A DNA stretch of 64,000 bases from Calcarisporiella thermophila CBS 279.70 (GCF_041956535.1 NW_027192221.1:1-64000), one strand, 5' to 3'; shown: positions 11,499 to 25,053, counted from the stretch's first letter. Translations and numbers: made by a program. The notes: generated from the letters alone by a model not told the origin.

Positions 11499-12642
11499 AT
11501 GCGCATAGTCGACCATCACCCATCTGATCATAATAGGGGCGCAAGATGGAGATTTTCTCCGCGCTTTTCGGTCACCACCTTATTCTTGGTATTCCTTCTC
11601 GCCATTCTTCCCAATTGCATGATTTTAGCAGAAGCTAGATGCACGGCAAGTAAGTACACATCTGTCGTTTTGCTCGGCATCGGGGTACTAAAATTGTGGG
11701 GTATATATAGGTTGTTACTCGGATTCTAACAATCGGGCTTGTCTTAGCGGAGTCTGTCGAGAATTTCCTCCCAACCAGCCCCCATTCGACGAGTGCGGCA
11801 CTAACCGATGTCCTCCAGGATCATATTGTTATACTCGTGGCTCGTTCAAAAGCTGCGTGGAGTTCTCCTTGAGAAACGAATTTTGCTTTTCCAATTTATC
11901 CGTACAGACTTGCCTCAGTCCGTACCAGTGTCGCGGATCCATTTGCGACTCCAGTGAAGTTTTTAATAACTCAGGCCCAAGTCCTCTTAGAAGCCCGCTG
12001 CTCTTCTTGTTTCTTCTCGCCATTTTGGTGCTCTTTATTGGAATTGCAGTGAGAGTATTTATTAAGAGGCGCGCCGCCGCTTTGGCGGCCCAAAATCCGG
12101 GCGCCTATGGGCCGCAAACGGCAGGGTTTTCGGGGCCCTGGCCTAATCAGCAGCAGCCCATGTACGGTAATATGCCACCTCCTCAGGGCCAGCAGCAGCC
12201 TTCGAGAATCTACGATCCAGAGAACCCCACTGGAGAGCCCTTACCCGTCTACCAAAGCGACGCACCCCCCAAATACGACGACATCATGATGCAAAACATG
12301 AATTCGGCTAATCAGGCCAATGGTAGCAATGCGAATGGTCAAGCCCCGGCCGGGAACCTGCAGCCGGCCAATGCAACCTATCCGCCGCCGACCTCGCCGC
12401 CCCCTCAGCAGCCCCCTGCGGCCTCCAATCTGTACCCGCCCCCTACTACTTACCCGCCCCCTACTACTTACCCGCCCCCCAGCTCGCCTCCTCCAGCGAA
12501 TCCTCCCCCTCCATCAGACAGCCTCCCCTATCCCAACCTGACTACCCATCCGACCTATGCCCCCCCTCCCCATCCCCCTCCGGCCCCACTATCGATGCCT
12601 GAGCCGACCCATGCCCCTAATCGCCCCCCACCTCCCCAATAA
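11499..12642 (+). CDS. Type I membrane protein: signal peptide, 12-Cys ectodomain, TM helix, Pro-rich tail with PY motifs
   Basis: Intron 11650-11710 joins the signal-peptide exon in frame to SCYSDSNNRACLSGVC...; TM LLFLFLLAILVLFIGIAV followed by KRR; tail has LPVY and PPKY. Confidence 0.75.
12435..12480 (+). repeat. Coding tandem 18-nt repeat (YPPPTT units)
   Basis: cccgccccctactactta repeated about 2.5 times. Confidence 0.7.
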
Positions 12643-13360
12643 CGCGACACGCTTATACTATAACTTATCGTATATATATTATGGCTGTAAATACACACAA
12701 GTGTATTATTTCTATACTCCCTTCAGCGTGGTTTTTCTCTTTCTTTCTCTCCTCTCTTAATCCCAATCCTCTCTCCCTCCCTCCCCCTCTCCACGCTTCT
12801 TCATCGCTGCTGGAACTGACAATATATACCCTCTTTTCCTTCCGGATTATTGTGTACTTGGATTTTCTCTCTTTTTTTGCATATTACTTCTAGATAACAT
12901 ATATTTATTTTGCTTATTTTTACTATTTACTTCTCAATATTTTGTTTGGAAACATAAATTTTGCTATTCTTTTATACAGATCAAGAGGAGTCGCAGCTTT
13001 CCTTTATAATAGGAATGAAAACAATAGTTGCGGAGGATGGTGGAAAAAATGGGTCCTATATTGAATGGCTCGTGGGTTTTAGACAATTGAATACTTTATT
13101 TATATTGAGCACTGGATTGGCAGTTAACAATGGCTGAATTTCATTTAGCCTACTACTACGAGTGTGTGGATACTCTTTGTTCGCAACGACATGCATTATG
13201 TCGCACCTGAAAAAGATTTTTCAACAAACAGCACGTATTTGACTCCGAGGCATTTCCAATATGCAACACACATCAAGAAAACGCGGCTAGACAAAATGGA
13301 CTTCTATTATATCGATAATTCATTCGCGAGTTTAGGTTCAATTATGCTCATGATAATGCT

Positions 13361-14110
13361 TCAGGTCGACCCGTATGCGCTCACGTTGCTAAACGGATCG
13401 TTATTTGGGTCATGCTGCCACTCGTACTCTACAAGTTTGGCGGCGAGTTCAGCCAACGTGCAATTACGGGACATGTGCTCGATGACATGAAGCGCTGCGT
13501 CCGTCCCAGCAGCCACCTCTGACGACGTGGCGAACTTGCCATCGTCAACCCAGAGTGTCTGACGCACTCACTCTGGGTTTTTACCGTTGGTGGCCACCTT
13601 GTCAGCCACCCATTTGTTGGTGGTGGCTCTGCGCCCATCAAGCAACCCGGTTTTGGCATGAAGAGCGGTAGTCCGAGCACCCGCTCAGACTGCTCTGCTC
13701 TAGTACTTGCGTGCAAACGACACGAACTGGAGGTCCGCACTTGAGGTAAACGCATCTGGCCCGCCTGGAATTACATAAAGGTCTACCAGCGGAGCATTGT
13801 TGCACCCAAACTCGCTGATCACCGGGACGTTGTCCAGAGCATTATAGCGGGCGTGGGGCTGCGGTCCGTTATAGACTATCCTATCGTACACGCAGCTTCT
13901 GGGGGGACGAGTTCCGTGGGGCAGGTACAGCGGAAGAGCCATGAGCATCTGAACTGGACCGGTCACATCGAGGATAGCGAAGTTGTCTAAAAGCAGCTCT
14001 CCTACGGACCGAGAGCGTGCAGAGCCTGAGGCTGTTGCACCGACTAACGCCATCCACCCCACCGCCAGCACGCGCAGGAGGGTTCCTTTGATCGTTTGTA
14101 TGCGAGTCAT
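13361..14110 (-). pseudogene. Intronless DJ-1/PfpI (ThiJ/InhA-like) gene with signal peptide, inactivated
   Basis: LLDNFAILDVTGP, DLYVIPGG, AKTGLLDGRRATTNK, WVDDGKFATSS.VAAGTDAAL lie in one frame but are interrupted by TAG 13700, TGA 13685 and TGA 13568; the catalytic SVCTG motif is missing. Confidence 0.8.
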
Positions 14111-15312
14111 GATGCAACATATGCCTTACGGAATAAACAAAGCGATGGGAGAGAAGAGTGGAGTGAATAAGGCGCTGGTCCAATGGTGGCAGAGGGTTCG
14201 ATGCGCCTTCAAGTCACCGCTCCAAGAGAAAGCCTTCCAACAGCATGCCTCTGCTTCTCTTTCTCGGACCATTTATTTCTGATTCTCCTTAATTAACTCT
14301 TGGTATTGAAGGTCGATAGACTTCATGTACGTTTTTGGACGATCGTTTGGAGCTGCAAAAAGGCAAGGGCCCTTAGCCAGCTTTTTCAACCATGCTTAGC
14401 ATGACATTCCAAACAGCTATTGGAGCTGAGTGGCATGATTATCGGTTGGGGTCCGCTGCTACTCTCCATTATGCCAACTGTCAATGTCAAATAGAGTAAG
14501 CATATCTTCCCTTAACTCGGTCGATGCCGGTTTCCCTAGGTCAAGACTGCGCACCTTGCCAAAAACAAATCTTTCCAAATCCACTTATTATTGCCGTCTC
14601 CTGCCGCCCTAATGGAGCAAACGATCAAGCTTGGGATGGAAGTATTTCAAGAGCCCTTTGCCATCTACTATAAGGTTGTACACCGATCAAAGAATAAGCG
14701 GCTAAAGGTCCGGGACTCACCCTTATTCTTAGGCACCCCTTAAGACTCGTCTAGGTGTTCATAGTGCTGTGTTGATATCGTGGGATGCAATGAAATCATT
14801 TCAAGCTGGTTCACGCGCACATATCGATTGGAGGCGAAGGTATGGCCCCGCCCCCTTTTTTATCTGGACGGGGATGGAATCGGGCTGGCCTCTTTAATCG
14901 AATCTAGGGTTGGAGCTTAAACCATGGGCCCTGAGAAGACGGCGCACCATATTCTGTTTTGATCGAGATGAAATAGAGCCAGGATCTTATCGCATCTATG
15001 AAACCTTTTTTTTCTTCTCTGGTCGCGAGCCCCAAATTTTGTAAAGCGGTGGAATAAGCAGTTCCATCGTTGGGCATACCGCAATTCGGTTGGTCATAAG
15101 CCCCCTCGTACCATTTTATCAGTTGATTTTTCTTCCGGAATTCGATCCCCCTCTCCCCCCAAAATAAAACCTTGTGGGACTGCTCTTCCTCTACAAAAAT
15201 TCGCAATTCCGACTCATTTTCTTTCCCTCCTTATCAAAGCTTCTCCCATCATCCCCACTCCTCCCCCCTCCCCGCCCTCGCCTCATCTAATTTATACATA
15301 TTTGTTTGCACC

Positions 15313-16722
15313 ATGGTCGCGGTTCAAGCCTCGGAAGCTGTCATTGCGCCAAAGGACGGCCAGTCCGTTGCTCTCAAGAAGAAGCCCGTTTCATGGATGA
15401 ACCTTGCCATCGGCGCAGGCATGAATCTCTTTGAAGTGACCACTCTCGGTAGGAATGCATCCTAGTGTTTCCCACAGAACCCGCATACTTACCTGTCATC
15501 GTCTCGCTAATGTTTTTTCTAAGGCCAACCTTTCGAGGTACTTAAAACCCAGCTTGCTTCTCATCGCAATGACACAATGGCCCAAGCTATCGTCAAAATC
15601 TATCAGAGAGGTGGTCTTGGTGGGTTCTTTCAGGGACTGATTCCGGTATGAGATCTACTCTGCAATGCTATCTTGAAATAACTCCATCTAGACTCTCGAA
15701 TGCAATGTTTCACAGTGGGCATGGATTGAGGCTAGCACCAAGGGAGCCGTTCTGCTTTTTGCGGCCAGTGAGCTCGAATATCACGCGCGTGCAAATCTGC
15801 ACGTCTCACCCTTCGTGGCCGGATTGATCGGTGGCATGGGTGGTGGCCTTGCTCAAGGTAAAAATCACCTGCTGACTCTTTGTGTGCTTCACAGAACCTC
15901 ATGCCATCACTCCCTCCCTCCTCCTCCTTCTCCCCCTTCCCCTGGATAGCATACACGACAATGGGTTTCTGCACTTTCATGAAGACGGTGGAGGTGACGC
16001 GCCACAAAGCACCTGATGCCGCTAAAGTATCTACCTGGAAGATCGCCTCCGATATCTTCAAACGCGAAGGTAATCCCCGTTTTAAGCCCGTCTTCTATTG
16101 GCTGCGGTACTTCGTGTTGGTTAACCCATACCTATCTAGGCATTCGTGGTATTAATAAGGGTGTGAACGCGGTGGCGGTTCGCCAGATGACCAATTGGGG
16201 ATCGCGCATCGGGCTGTCACGTTTGGCAGAAACGACAATTCGCAGGGTATATAATGTCGATGAGAAGGAGAAGCTTTCTAATATGCAGCGCATTGCCGCA
16301 TCCGCCATTGGTGGTGGGCTAAGTATTTGGAATCAGCCTATCGAGGTCATTCGAGTTGAGGTAGAGTCACTTTTATTGAGCAAGCATCTCTTAACCCTTT
16401 GTTTAACGGGCTCTTTTGCGTGGTTTTGTCGCTAGATGCAAAGCCAGGTCAAGGCCCCCGGCCGTCCCGAAAATATGACCATCGCAAGCTGCGCCAAGTA
16501 CATTTGGCAGAATAACGGTTTGCGTGGTTTCTACCGTGGCGCCACACCGCGCTTTGGCCTTGGGTATGTAGTTTGGCGTGTGAAGATGCTTTTCGATTTG
16601 AAATTTCTCACCCTCTCTCTTGCAACAGTATGTGGCAAACCATTTGCATGGTCTATGGTGGTGATTCCGTGAAGGCCTGGGCGGCCGATTACCAGAAGCG
16701 AAAGGCACTGTCCGCGATCTAA
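15313..16722 (+). CDS. YHM2: Mitochondrial citrate/2-oxoglutarate carrier, multi-exon
   Basis: [108 protein letters not shown]. Confidence 0.92.
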
Positions 16723-17774
16723 TTGCCGCATAGAGTTTATATATAATATAGATCTGGTTCTCACTTGAGAATAGAGCTATGATGCTGTTCTTTTAGACTA
16801 TACAGCCAATCTTCTATTTACATATATAAAAGGAAAAAAAGGGGAGAGCAATGTAAAGCCGGTGAATGCGTGTTCATCTCTTCCTATTCTTAACTATTTT
16901 ATTCTGCATCCTTGTTTGGTCTTTTTTTTTTTTTGTTTTTCTTCTTCCTTCCCGCATTTTGGAATAGATAGGAGGTATGTTCCTTGATTTTCTTTAAAAC
17001 TAAATCAATGGAATTGAGAGTTCAAATTTAGACAGCATAATTTTTGTGACGTTTTCTATTGATCACATAACTCTGCCTTTAGAATTCCAAGTGCTCCCAA
17101 CGAACCACTCACCCTTTGAAGCGAAGCTTGATTCCCTATTAACCTAAATAGAGGGATATAATAAGGGCGCAACGGGTGCCTCCTGCCTCTATTGTACTCC
17201 ACATCGTATTACTCCGGCGCCATCAGCGATAATCCCGATCACAAACACCCAACTGTGGTAGTCGGTGATTTGTGTGCGTGACTCTGTCATCTGAGCTATT
17301 TTTTTTTCTGCGCGAATTGGTATTGTTGCTCCAGGAGGGATTTCCATGTCATTCCCACCCCCATGAGACTACCAGGTAAATCCCCTTTCCTCTCCTCCAT
17401 GTGGGCAAAAGGGCTCAGAGGAGATAAATTAATCAATTAATCGATTATCAATTCCACCTAAGACGGTCATTACTTCAATTGTAGATCTATCGCAAACATC
17501 TATCGTCGATTGCTTCCGAACTTTGAAGATTTCTCCCCATCGTTATTTTGTTTAACTTTTCGTATTTTGTTTTATCTCCTCATCTTTGGCTGGCCGTGAC
17601 ATTTTTTTTTGCATTATCTTTCCATTGGGTTGATTGTATTTGAGCTAGCGCTAACCTTGCTCCTGCGACTTTGGGCTACGCCTCCCATTCTTTTTTTACG
17701 CTCCCACCGCCTCCCTTCTATTCCTCTACCCCACGTGGTCTATTTATTCTTTATTTAAAGGTTCGGGGTCAATA

Positions 17775-20700
17775 ATGGACCGACTTATGTCATTAAAATT
17801 CAAAGCGGGTCATTCGTCACAAGGGATAGTCGATACCACCTCGCAGACAACCACTACCTCCAGTCGACGTTTTCCCTTCATCAAATCTTCAAGTCGCTCC
17901 CATACTATCTCCCGCCGCCGCTCTACATCGTCTGCCCACACATCGCCAAAGCGCCACATCTATGTGAATACAGAGCTGCCTTCGGAAGAGCTGGATGAGC
18001 TTGGCCAGCCAAAACACACCTATTCCCGTAATAAGGTGCGTGGCCGCCAAACTTCTCTGGCTTCGCTGCCTGAGATTTCTAACGTGATAGATATTTATTG
18101 TATCCCCCCTAGATCCGAACGTCCAAATACACTCTGGCCACCTTTTTGCCCAAGAATCTCTTCGAGCAATTCCGGGGGGTAGCGAATCTGTACTTTTTAT
18201 TCTTGGCAGTACTCCAGCTCTTCCCTGTGTTTGCCGGCCCGAACGCTTTTCTCGCCCCTCTGCCGCTGCTGGCGATTCTCACTATTACGGCCATCAAGGA
18301 TGCGTTTGAGGATTGGAAGCGACACAAGAGCGACAACGCCGTGAATAATTCGCGCACCCGAACCCTTGCAAACTGGCACAATGTGAACGCGCGGTTTCAG
18401 GGGGGGAAGCTGCAGAGGCGGGTTTGGGCCTTTGTGAAATGGTGCTCTCTGTGGTTGATCTTGTATCCATTGTGGGCGAAAAAAAGGAGAGCAGACGGAG
18501 ATGAGCTGCCGATGGACGAGGATTATGTCAATGTGGAGCGCACGTCGCAGGGGGGGTTTCGGCTGGAGACGCTGCGCTATCCGCAGGTTCTTGGCGGCTC
18601 TAAGCGCCACCCCTACCGGCCGGGTCTGCTGCCCCACTCCGTCCTCAAGACTCGGCCTCCGCCCCAGTTCGACGAGAAGCACCCGCCCCCTCAGATCAAG
18701 GGGCGAGCCGAGTGGCAGGACACCCTGTGGAAAAATGTGAGAGTGGGCGATTTTGTGAGGCTGGAGAGCGAGGACCCGGTCCCTGCCGACATGATCATTC
18801 TGTCGACCAGCGAGCCCGGCGGGGTGTGCTATGTGGAGACCAAAAATCTCGACGGGGAGACCAACCTCAAGCCGCGGCACTCGCTGCGTGCCACCTCGGA
18901 TATCACCAAGGCGGCCGACTGTCAACGCGCCTCCTTCACCGTGGAGTCCGAGGGCCCGCACCCTAACCTCTACAGCTATAGTGGCGTGATGGAGTGGAAG
19001 GTCTCTGGGGGCGCGGATATGGGCGGCGTGTTGCACTCGAAGACCGAACCCATCACCATCAGCCACATGCTGCTGAGAGGGAGTGTGTTGAAGAACACGG
19101 AGTGGGTGATTGGGCTGGTGGTGTTCACCGGCAGCGACACAAAGGTGATGTTGAATTCATCCAATACCCCCAGCAAGCGTAGCCGCGTGGAGAAGCAAAC
19201 CAACCCGCATGTAGGCATCCCAAGTTGGATCACCCAGTTGAGCCATGACGAGAACTAATCTGAAAGCGGGGCCTTTCTTCTCCTCCCCTCCTCCTCTTTT
19301 CTCCCTCTTCTCTAGGTGGTTGCCAATTTCGTGATTCTCTTTGCCCTTTGTCTAGGATGCTCTGTCGTGAATGGCATATTGTTTGACCGTGGGTCCTCGT
19401 CCTGGTATTTCGAGCCTGGAGGGGATGCATCGAATGGTGGGATGAGCGGGTTTTTAACGTTTTGGTATGGGTTTACGTGCTAGAATCATTCCGAAAGCCA
19501 TGACTGAACCTTCCCCCAATTCCATTCATGAATAGGTTGTGCCTGATTCTATACCAGAGCATAGTTCCCATTTCTTTATATGTTTCGGTGGAGATTGTAA
19601 AAACACTCTCGGTAGGTCATCTTCAAAATTACCGTCTAGCTTTTTTTTTCAATTGTTTATAATGCGATATATCCAAGTCCATATCTTATCTCTCCCAACA
19701 CTAACCCCTCTCCCATCTCTACTTAGGCCTATTTTATCCATGCTGATGTGGATATGTACTACGAACCGTTGGATCAGCCGTGTATACCCAAGACGTGGAA
19801 CATTTCGGATGATCTTGGGCAGATAGAGTATATATTTAGGTAGGTTTTGGGTGTCGCCTAAAAAGTGGTTTTCTGAGGATGGATATTCATATAATTTTAC
19901 TCGCAACCCTTCTATCTTCCAGTGATAAAACAGGCACGCTCACCCAGAATGTCATGGAGTTCCGAAAGTGTACCATAGACGGCATCAAATATGGATGCGG
20001 GCAGACGGAAGCGATGCGAGGGGCTAAGAAGCGCGAGGCCCTCCAGGGCTACCCCGCCAAATCAGGAGGTGTGCCGAATAAGCTCTCGCTGGATGAGGAC
20101 GAGAATCTCGAAGCCGCAAAAAAACAGATGCTCGAAGAGATGGCGGCCGTGTTCGACAACAAGTACCTATCCGAGAAGATCAACTTTGTTGCGCCGGGTC
20201 TGTTCAAACATCTGGCGCAAGAGGGCTCTCACCGCGATGCCATCCGGGGGTTCTTCTCGGCCCTCTCACTCTGCCATACCGTGCTCTGCAACTACCCCGA
20301 GGAGGAGAACAAGCACCATATCGTGTACAAGGCTCAGAGCCCCGACGAGGCCGCTCTGGTGCAGACCGCAAAGGACTGCGGGTTTGCCTTTTTGTCGAAG
20401 GATCAAGAGCGGGTGGTGGTGGATGTGTTGGGGGAGAAGAGGGAGTACAACCTGTTGCATGTCCTCGAGTTCAACTCGACACGGAAGCGCATGAGCGTGA
20501 TATTGGAGGTGCCCGAAGAGGGCGAGTGGAGCCGTGCCGGGGCGAGAGGAGGTAAGCTGCTTATTTGCAAGGGAGCAGACTCGGTCATCTACGAGCGCTT
20601 GTGGAGGCTCCCTGGAGAGGCGAAAGATGAGGGCGACACCGTCGACCAGGAGGTGAGCGAGCCGGAGGTGCAGGGCGATTCAAGGGGTCCAATGGAGGAC

Positions 20701-22620
20701 GCACTAGCACAGCACCAAGCAAGGGTGCGGCAGACGACGCTACAGCACTTGGAGGAGTACGCCGACGAGGGACTGCGCACCCTGTGTATTGCCTATCGCT
20801 ACATTCCCGATGACGAATATGCCAGGTGGGAGGAGCGGTTCCGGGTGGCGTCCTCGAGTCTTGTCAACCGAGAGGAGCAGATCGAGGCGGTGTCGGAGGA
20901 GATTGAGCAGGATCTGCTCTTGATGGGGGGGACTGCGATCGAGGATCGCCTCCAGGAGGGAGTGCCGGAGACCATCGAACACCTGAGCCAGGCGGGGATC
21001 AAGATATGGGTACTTACGGGGGACAAGATGGAGACGGCCATCAACATCGGCTTCGCCTGCAACTTGCTGCGGAAGGATATGCGCCTCGTGGTCATCAGCG
21101 GCTACAAGAGTTTGGAGGCGGTGAGACAGAAGTTGATCGATACCCTGTCGGAGATCTGGGGGGTGGAGGTGAACGAGGACGGCGAGGGGGACGATGCAAA
21201 CTCGAGCGAGAAGCGGCGGTTTTCGGCCGGCACCACCACGGTCCACCGGCCGGAGAAGGATGCCGAGCTCCAGCACGCGCTCATCATTGACGGCGAGACG
21301 CTCAAGTGTTCGCTGGAGCGGAGCGCGCGCGACCTTCTTCTCGAGGTTGCGCGGCGCTGCGACAGCGTGATCTGCTGCCGCGTGTCGCCGCTGCAAAAGG
21401 CCAAAATGGTGAACCTCGTCAAGAAGGGCCTCCACGCGATGACGCTCGCGATTGGCGACGGCGCCAACGACGTGTCCATGATTCAAGAGGCGAATGTCGG
21501 GGTTGGCATGTGCGGGGAGGAAGGGCGCCAGGCCGTGATGGCGTCCGACTACGCGATCGGCCAGTTTCGATTCTTGGCGAAGCTGTTGCTTGTGCACGGA
21601 AGGTGGAGCTACATCCGAACCAGCTCGATGATTTTGGTCTTCTTCTACAAGAACGTGGTGTGGACCTTTGCTCTGTTTTGGTATCAATTCTATTCGGCGT
21701 AAGTCCCATCTGTTCCGTAGCTGTGTGGGCGGGAGGAATGGTTTAGACTAATGGAGATGCTCCCCCTCTGATTTTGCTGTAGTTTCTCCGGTGACATGTT
21801 CATAGAGTACTCGTTGGTCATGCTCTACAACTTGATTTTTACCTCGTTGCCGTGCATTTTCCTTGGTATGCTCGCCTCCTGTGGCGTGGTTAAGAGGATC
21901 GGCTTCATCGTTGACGATTTTTTTTTTTCTGTTGTAGGTGTGTTTGACCAGGATCTGAGCGCCTACATCTCGCTCGCGGTTCCACAGCTCTACAAACGCG
22001 GGATCCAGCAGCTCTACTTCACCACCTGGCAGTTCTGGTTGCACATCCTGGATGCCTTCTACCAGTCGATTGTTGTATTTTATATCCCATTCCTTCTCCT
22101 GACCCGAGGCCCGAATGTCGCGAGCGGCCATGACACCAATGGTATGTACGATTTCGGGACTGTGGTGGGCGCATGTGTGACCGTGGTTGCGAACCTGTAT
22201 GTGTTCACGTTCATGTACAATTTTACGGTGATGATGACGGGCGTGATCTTGGCCTCGATATTCTCGTTCTTCTTGTGGGTGGAGATCTACAGTTGGTTTG
22301 ATACCATCTACATGTATCGAGAGGACGCCGTTGTGTTCGGACAGTTCAATTTCTGGCTCGTGCTTCTGATTGTAGTGGTGGCCGCCTTGCTTCCTCGAGT
22401 GGTGGTCAAATATGTGATGCACATGAGCCAGCCCACCGACGCGGACATCATCCGCGAGGAGGTCATGATTGCCAGACAGGAGAGGAAGCGGCGGGGATCG
22501 AATTCGTCCGATTGGCGGATTGAAGCGGTGCTGATGAATCATCGGAGAACGCGCAATGAAAGCATCCCGTCGGATGCCCCCTCCACCATAACTTCATCGG
22601 GATCAAAAACGTTCAGTTAG
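17775..22620 (+). CDS. P4-ATPase phospholipid flippase, Dnf1/Dnf2-like
   Basis: NKIRTSKYT, PKNLFEQF, YVETKNLDGETNLK, YQSIVPISLYVS, DDLGQIEYIFSDKTGTLTQN, YKAQSPDEAAL, EFNSTRKRMSV, EDRLQ, WVLTGDK, CCRVSPLQK, AIGDGANDVSMIQ. Confidence 0.95.
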
Positions 22621-23900
22621 CACTTGGGATTCCTTCTGTTTTGTGGTGACATTTTTTTGCTGCCTGTTTTTATCCTTCCTCCGATCGCTTTTTCGAGCAT
22701 GTACGTTTTTTGGGACAATTTTTCTTTACTCTCATTCTCCCGCCTCCTTCCTCGTTAATCCCATTTCCCGTGGTTTATCTCTCTGTTCTGCATATTTGAT
22801 TTGATAGAAGAGGCGATTTTGATCTATCTATATTACCCTTTAGTCTATGTTTGTTTTCGTCCCTTTTTTCCCCTCCACTCTGGAGCTATGGCACCTGTCC
22901 TCGTCGCAACTTTATCTTGGAAGTAGTGATGAGTTCAAGATATATATAGTTGATATAGAATTTTTTTCCCCTCTTCTCCGTTTCCTGTATAATATATTCC
23001 CTTTTTTTAACCTTTGATAATCACACACCTTATCTCTTGATGGATGCAATGACGCTCTTGGATGATTTGGAGACAAGCGAGATTCTACACTAGACTCGAT
23101 ATCTACCTTTTTTGCTAGCGTATGCCTAGGTTTTCCTCAAAACCACCAAAACGGCAACGAAATGTTGAGTTCCAAGTTTGCTTAATTCAAGTATGCAATT
23201 CCCCTTTGCGGGGCAGAGGCAAAGACGCATTTTCCAGATCATTCTTTAATTTATTTCATATATAGCTAGAACGTGTTTTGTCTTTTCAAGCGACTTACGC
23301 GAAATAGATGCGTTGCTGGGTATCAGCAAAGCAAAGGTGGAGAACGCGTGGTTCTCATAAGATCTGGCTGAGCTATGAAAGGATGCTCACTGGTACAGTA
23401 TGGGAACCCAAAGAGGAGAGAAAAAACATCGATTCTTGTAAGTACGTTCTCGTCGGTGCACAAACAAGAGAAGAAGGGCATTGTGTCGGGCGTTGAAATG
23501 TGTCTTGGCGCGGCGAACGTTAAAAGACTATCGCCTTGGTGATAGCGAGCTATCCGGATGTGATCCCGTCAGTGGAGGGCTCATTGGCCGGTGGAGCCAT
23601 TTAGGGCTGCTAATGGGGGCTGCAACCCGTTCTCAGTCATACATTTTTTAATAAAAGTGAAAGGTCATTTGTTTTTGTCTGATGTTAGACTTATAGTTTT
23701 GTTGCATGATGCCGATGACGGGCATATCAAGGGGAGAACAAGATTTTGAAACCTAAAATGAAGCTCTAATATTCAAACACCGGACGCTCTCTTAAGATTC
23801 ATGTTTTGGTATGCAACCGGTCCTTTCTTTTTGTATACGATTTTGACGAACAAATCTCGCCTTTCCTTGTCTCTCCGGCTGTTTAAAAGACAAGCTCAGC

Positions 23901-24862
23901 ATGTCGCGACACGAGTCATTCGTTCATCCGGACAAGGCCGACGGCGGCGCTCCCCTCTCGGGCTCTTCGCAGCCCAGCGCGCAGAAAAGCGGCCATCCCA
24001 AGAAGAAGCTCACAAGAAAACATCCCCTTCCTCCACGACTTACCATAAGCCCCGACATGGCGTATGGCGAATTTTCAGAGCCAAGTGTGTTTGGTGTTTT
24101 CCTTGAAGGCCTTTGTTGATTATTGACCATCTCTGACTTCTTTGTAGCCTTTGGAACCAAGCGAGCCAGGCGAGAGAGGCGACGGGCCATGATTATGTTC
24201 ATAATCTCCTCTATAATACTGATGCTTTTGGTGATCGATGTTGCGGCCTTTCTCTTCTTCTATGTAAGGTTTTACTGTATCACAAATGCCAGCCCAAAAT
24301 TGAACCTGCTCGGATGGTTTTGATAGAGGCTCGAAAAACATTGCTCGGATATGGGAGCCCTTGGATCAAAGAGCAACCAGGCCGATGCGTTCCCTATGCC
24401 CTTCTACACTGACCATTTCTGCAAAGAATATCGCCTTCAGCTTGATGCCGAGGAGGATCCTCTGAATTTGCCGGGGGAATATGAAGAGGTTATGCCATTC
24501 AAGAGTGCGATTCCGAGCTCCGAATTCGTGCAGAAGACCCAGAGTGAGTCTACTTCCGGTAGATACATAGTGCTGCGAAGAAAAACCCGTGCGCACTGGT
24601 TACAGACGCTCCTCTTGGTGATCCATTGCTTCTTCCTCTCGTTTTTATACATGTTATACCTCTTCTTTTGATGGGCGCTTATATTTTTTATTGGCTTTTA
24701 ATATTTCGATCATTTCAACTTTATACAATTTCTGCCCTATCCGGGCTCTTCAACTTCATATTTTCGGGTGCCTTAATGGCTATCGCCTCGTTTTACTTTG
24801 CTCTCTTTGCCATGCTCTGTATATATCCCCAGCTTCTATTTCTCTCCCTCTATAATATGTAA
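23901..24862 (+). CDS. Uncharacterised multi-pass membrane protein, about 4 exons
   Basis: GT-AG introns link ORF pieces 23901, 24123, 24351 and 24626 in frame; one TM after RARRERRR, a loop, then about 3 C-terminal hydrophobic helices. Confidence 0.55.
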
Positions 24863-25053
24863 TGTTTAGGTTTCTCCTGTAAGATGAACCAGGGCGAGTC
24901 CTACTTGCTAAATTTTTAATCGATGGTAAATAAGGCGCAGCTCCGAATTTTTCTTCAACATTTTAAAGGGGAGAGTGTATTGAATAAAGGCTTTATTAAG
25001 TAGAGAGTTTGTACGATCGCTGATCCCCCAGATCCATTGCCAATTTCGAGAGA

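Noticed and set aside
13679-13696. In-frame TGA reading AV-U-AGA in the DJ-1 gene, suggesting selenocysteine at the catalytic Cys
   Set aside because: Spacing to ALxAKTGLL is three residues off, a TAG precedes it, another TGA lies at a Trp position, and the shifted frame fits the family better. A SECIS search would settle it.
18197-22542. Long minus-strand ORFs (289, 315, 264 aa) over the flippase
   Set aside because: Antisense shadows of GC-rich coding exons.
23040-23620. Possible small gene or relic between the flippase and the membrane protein
   Set aside because: Splice-like signals exist but no in-phase exon chain or recognisable peptide could be built.
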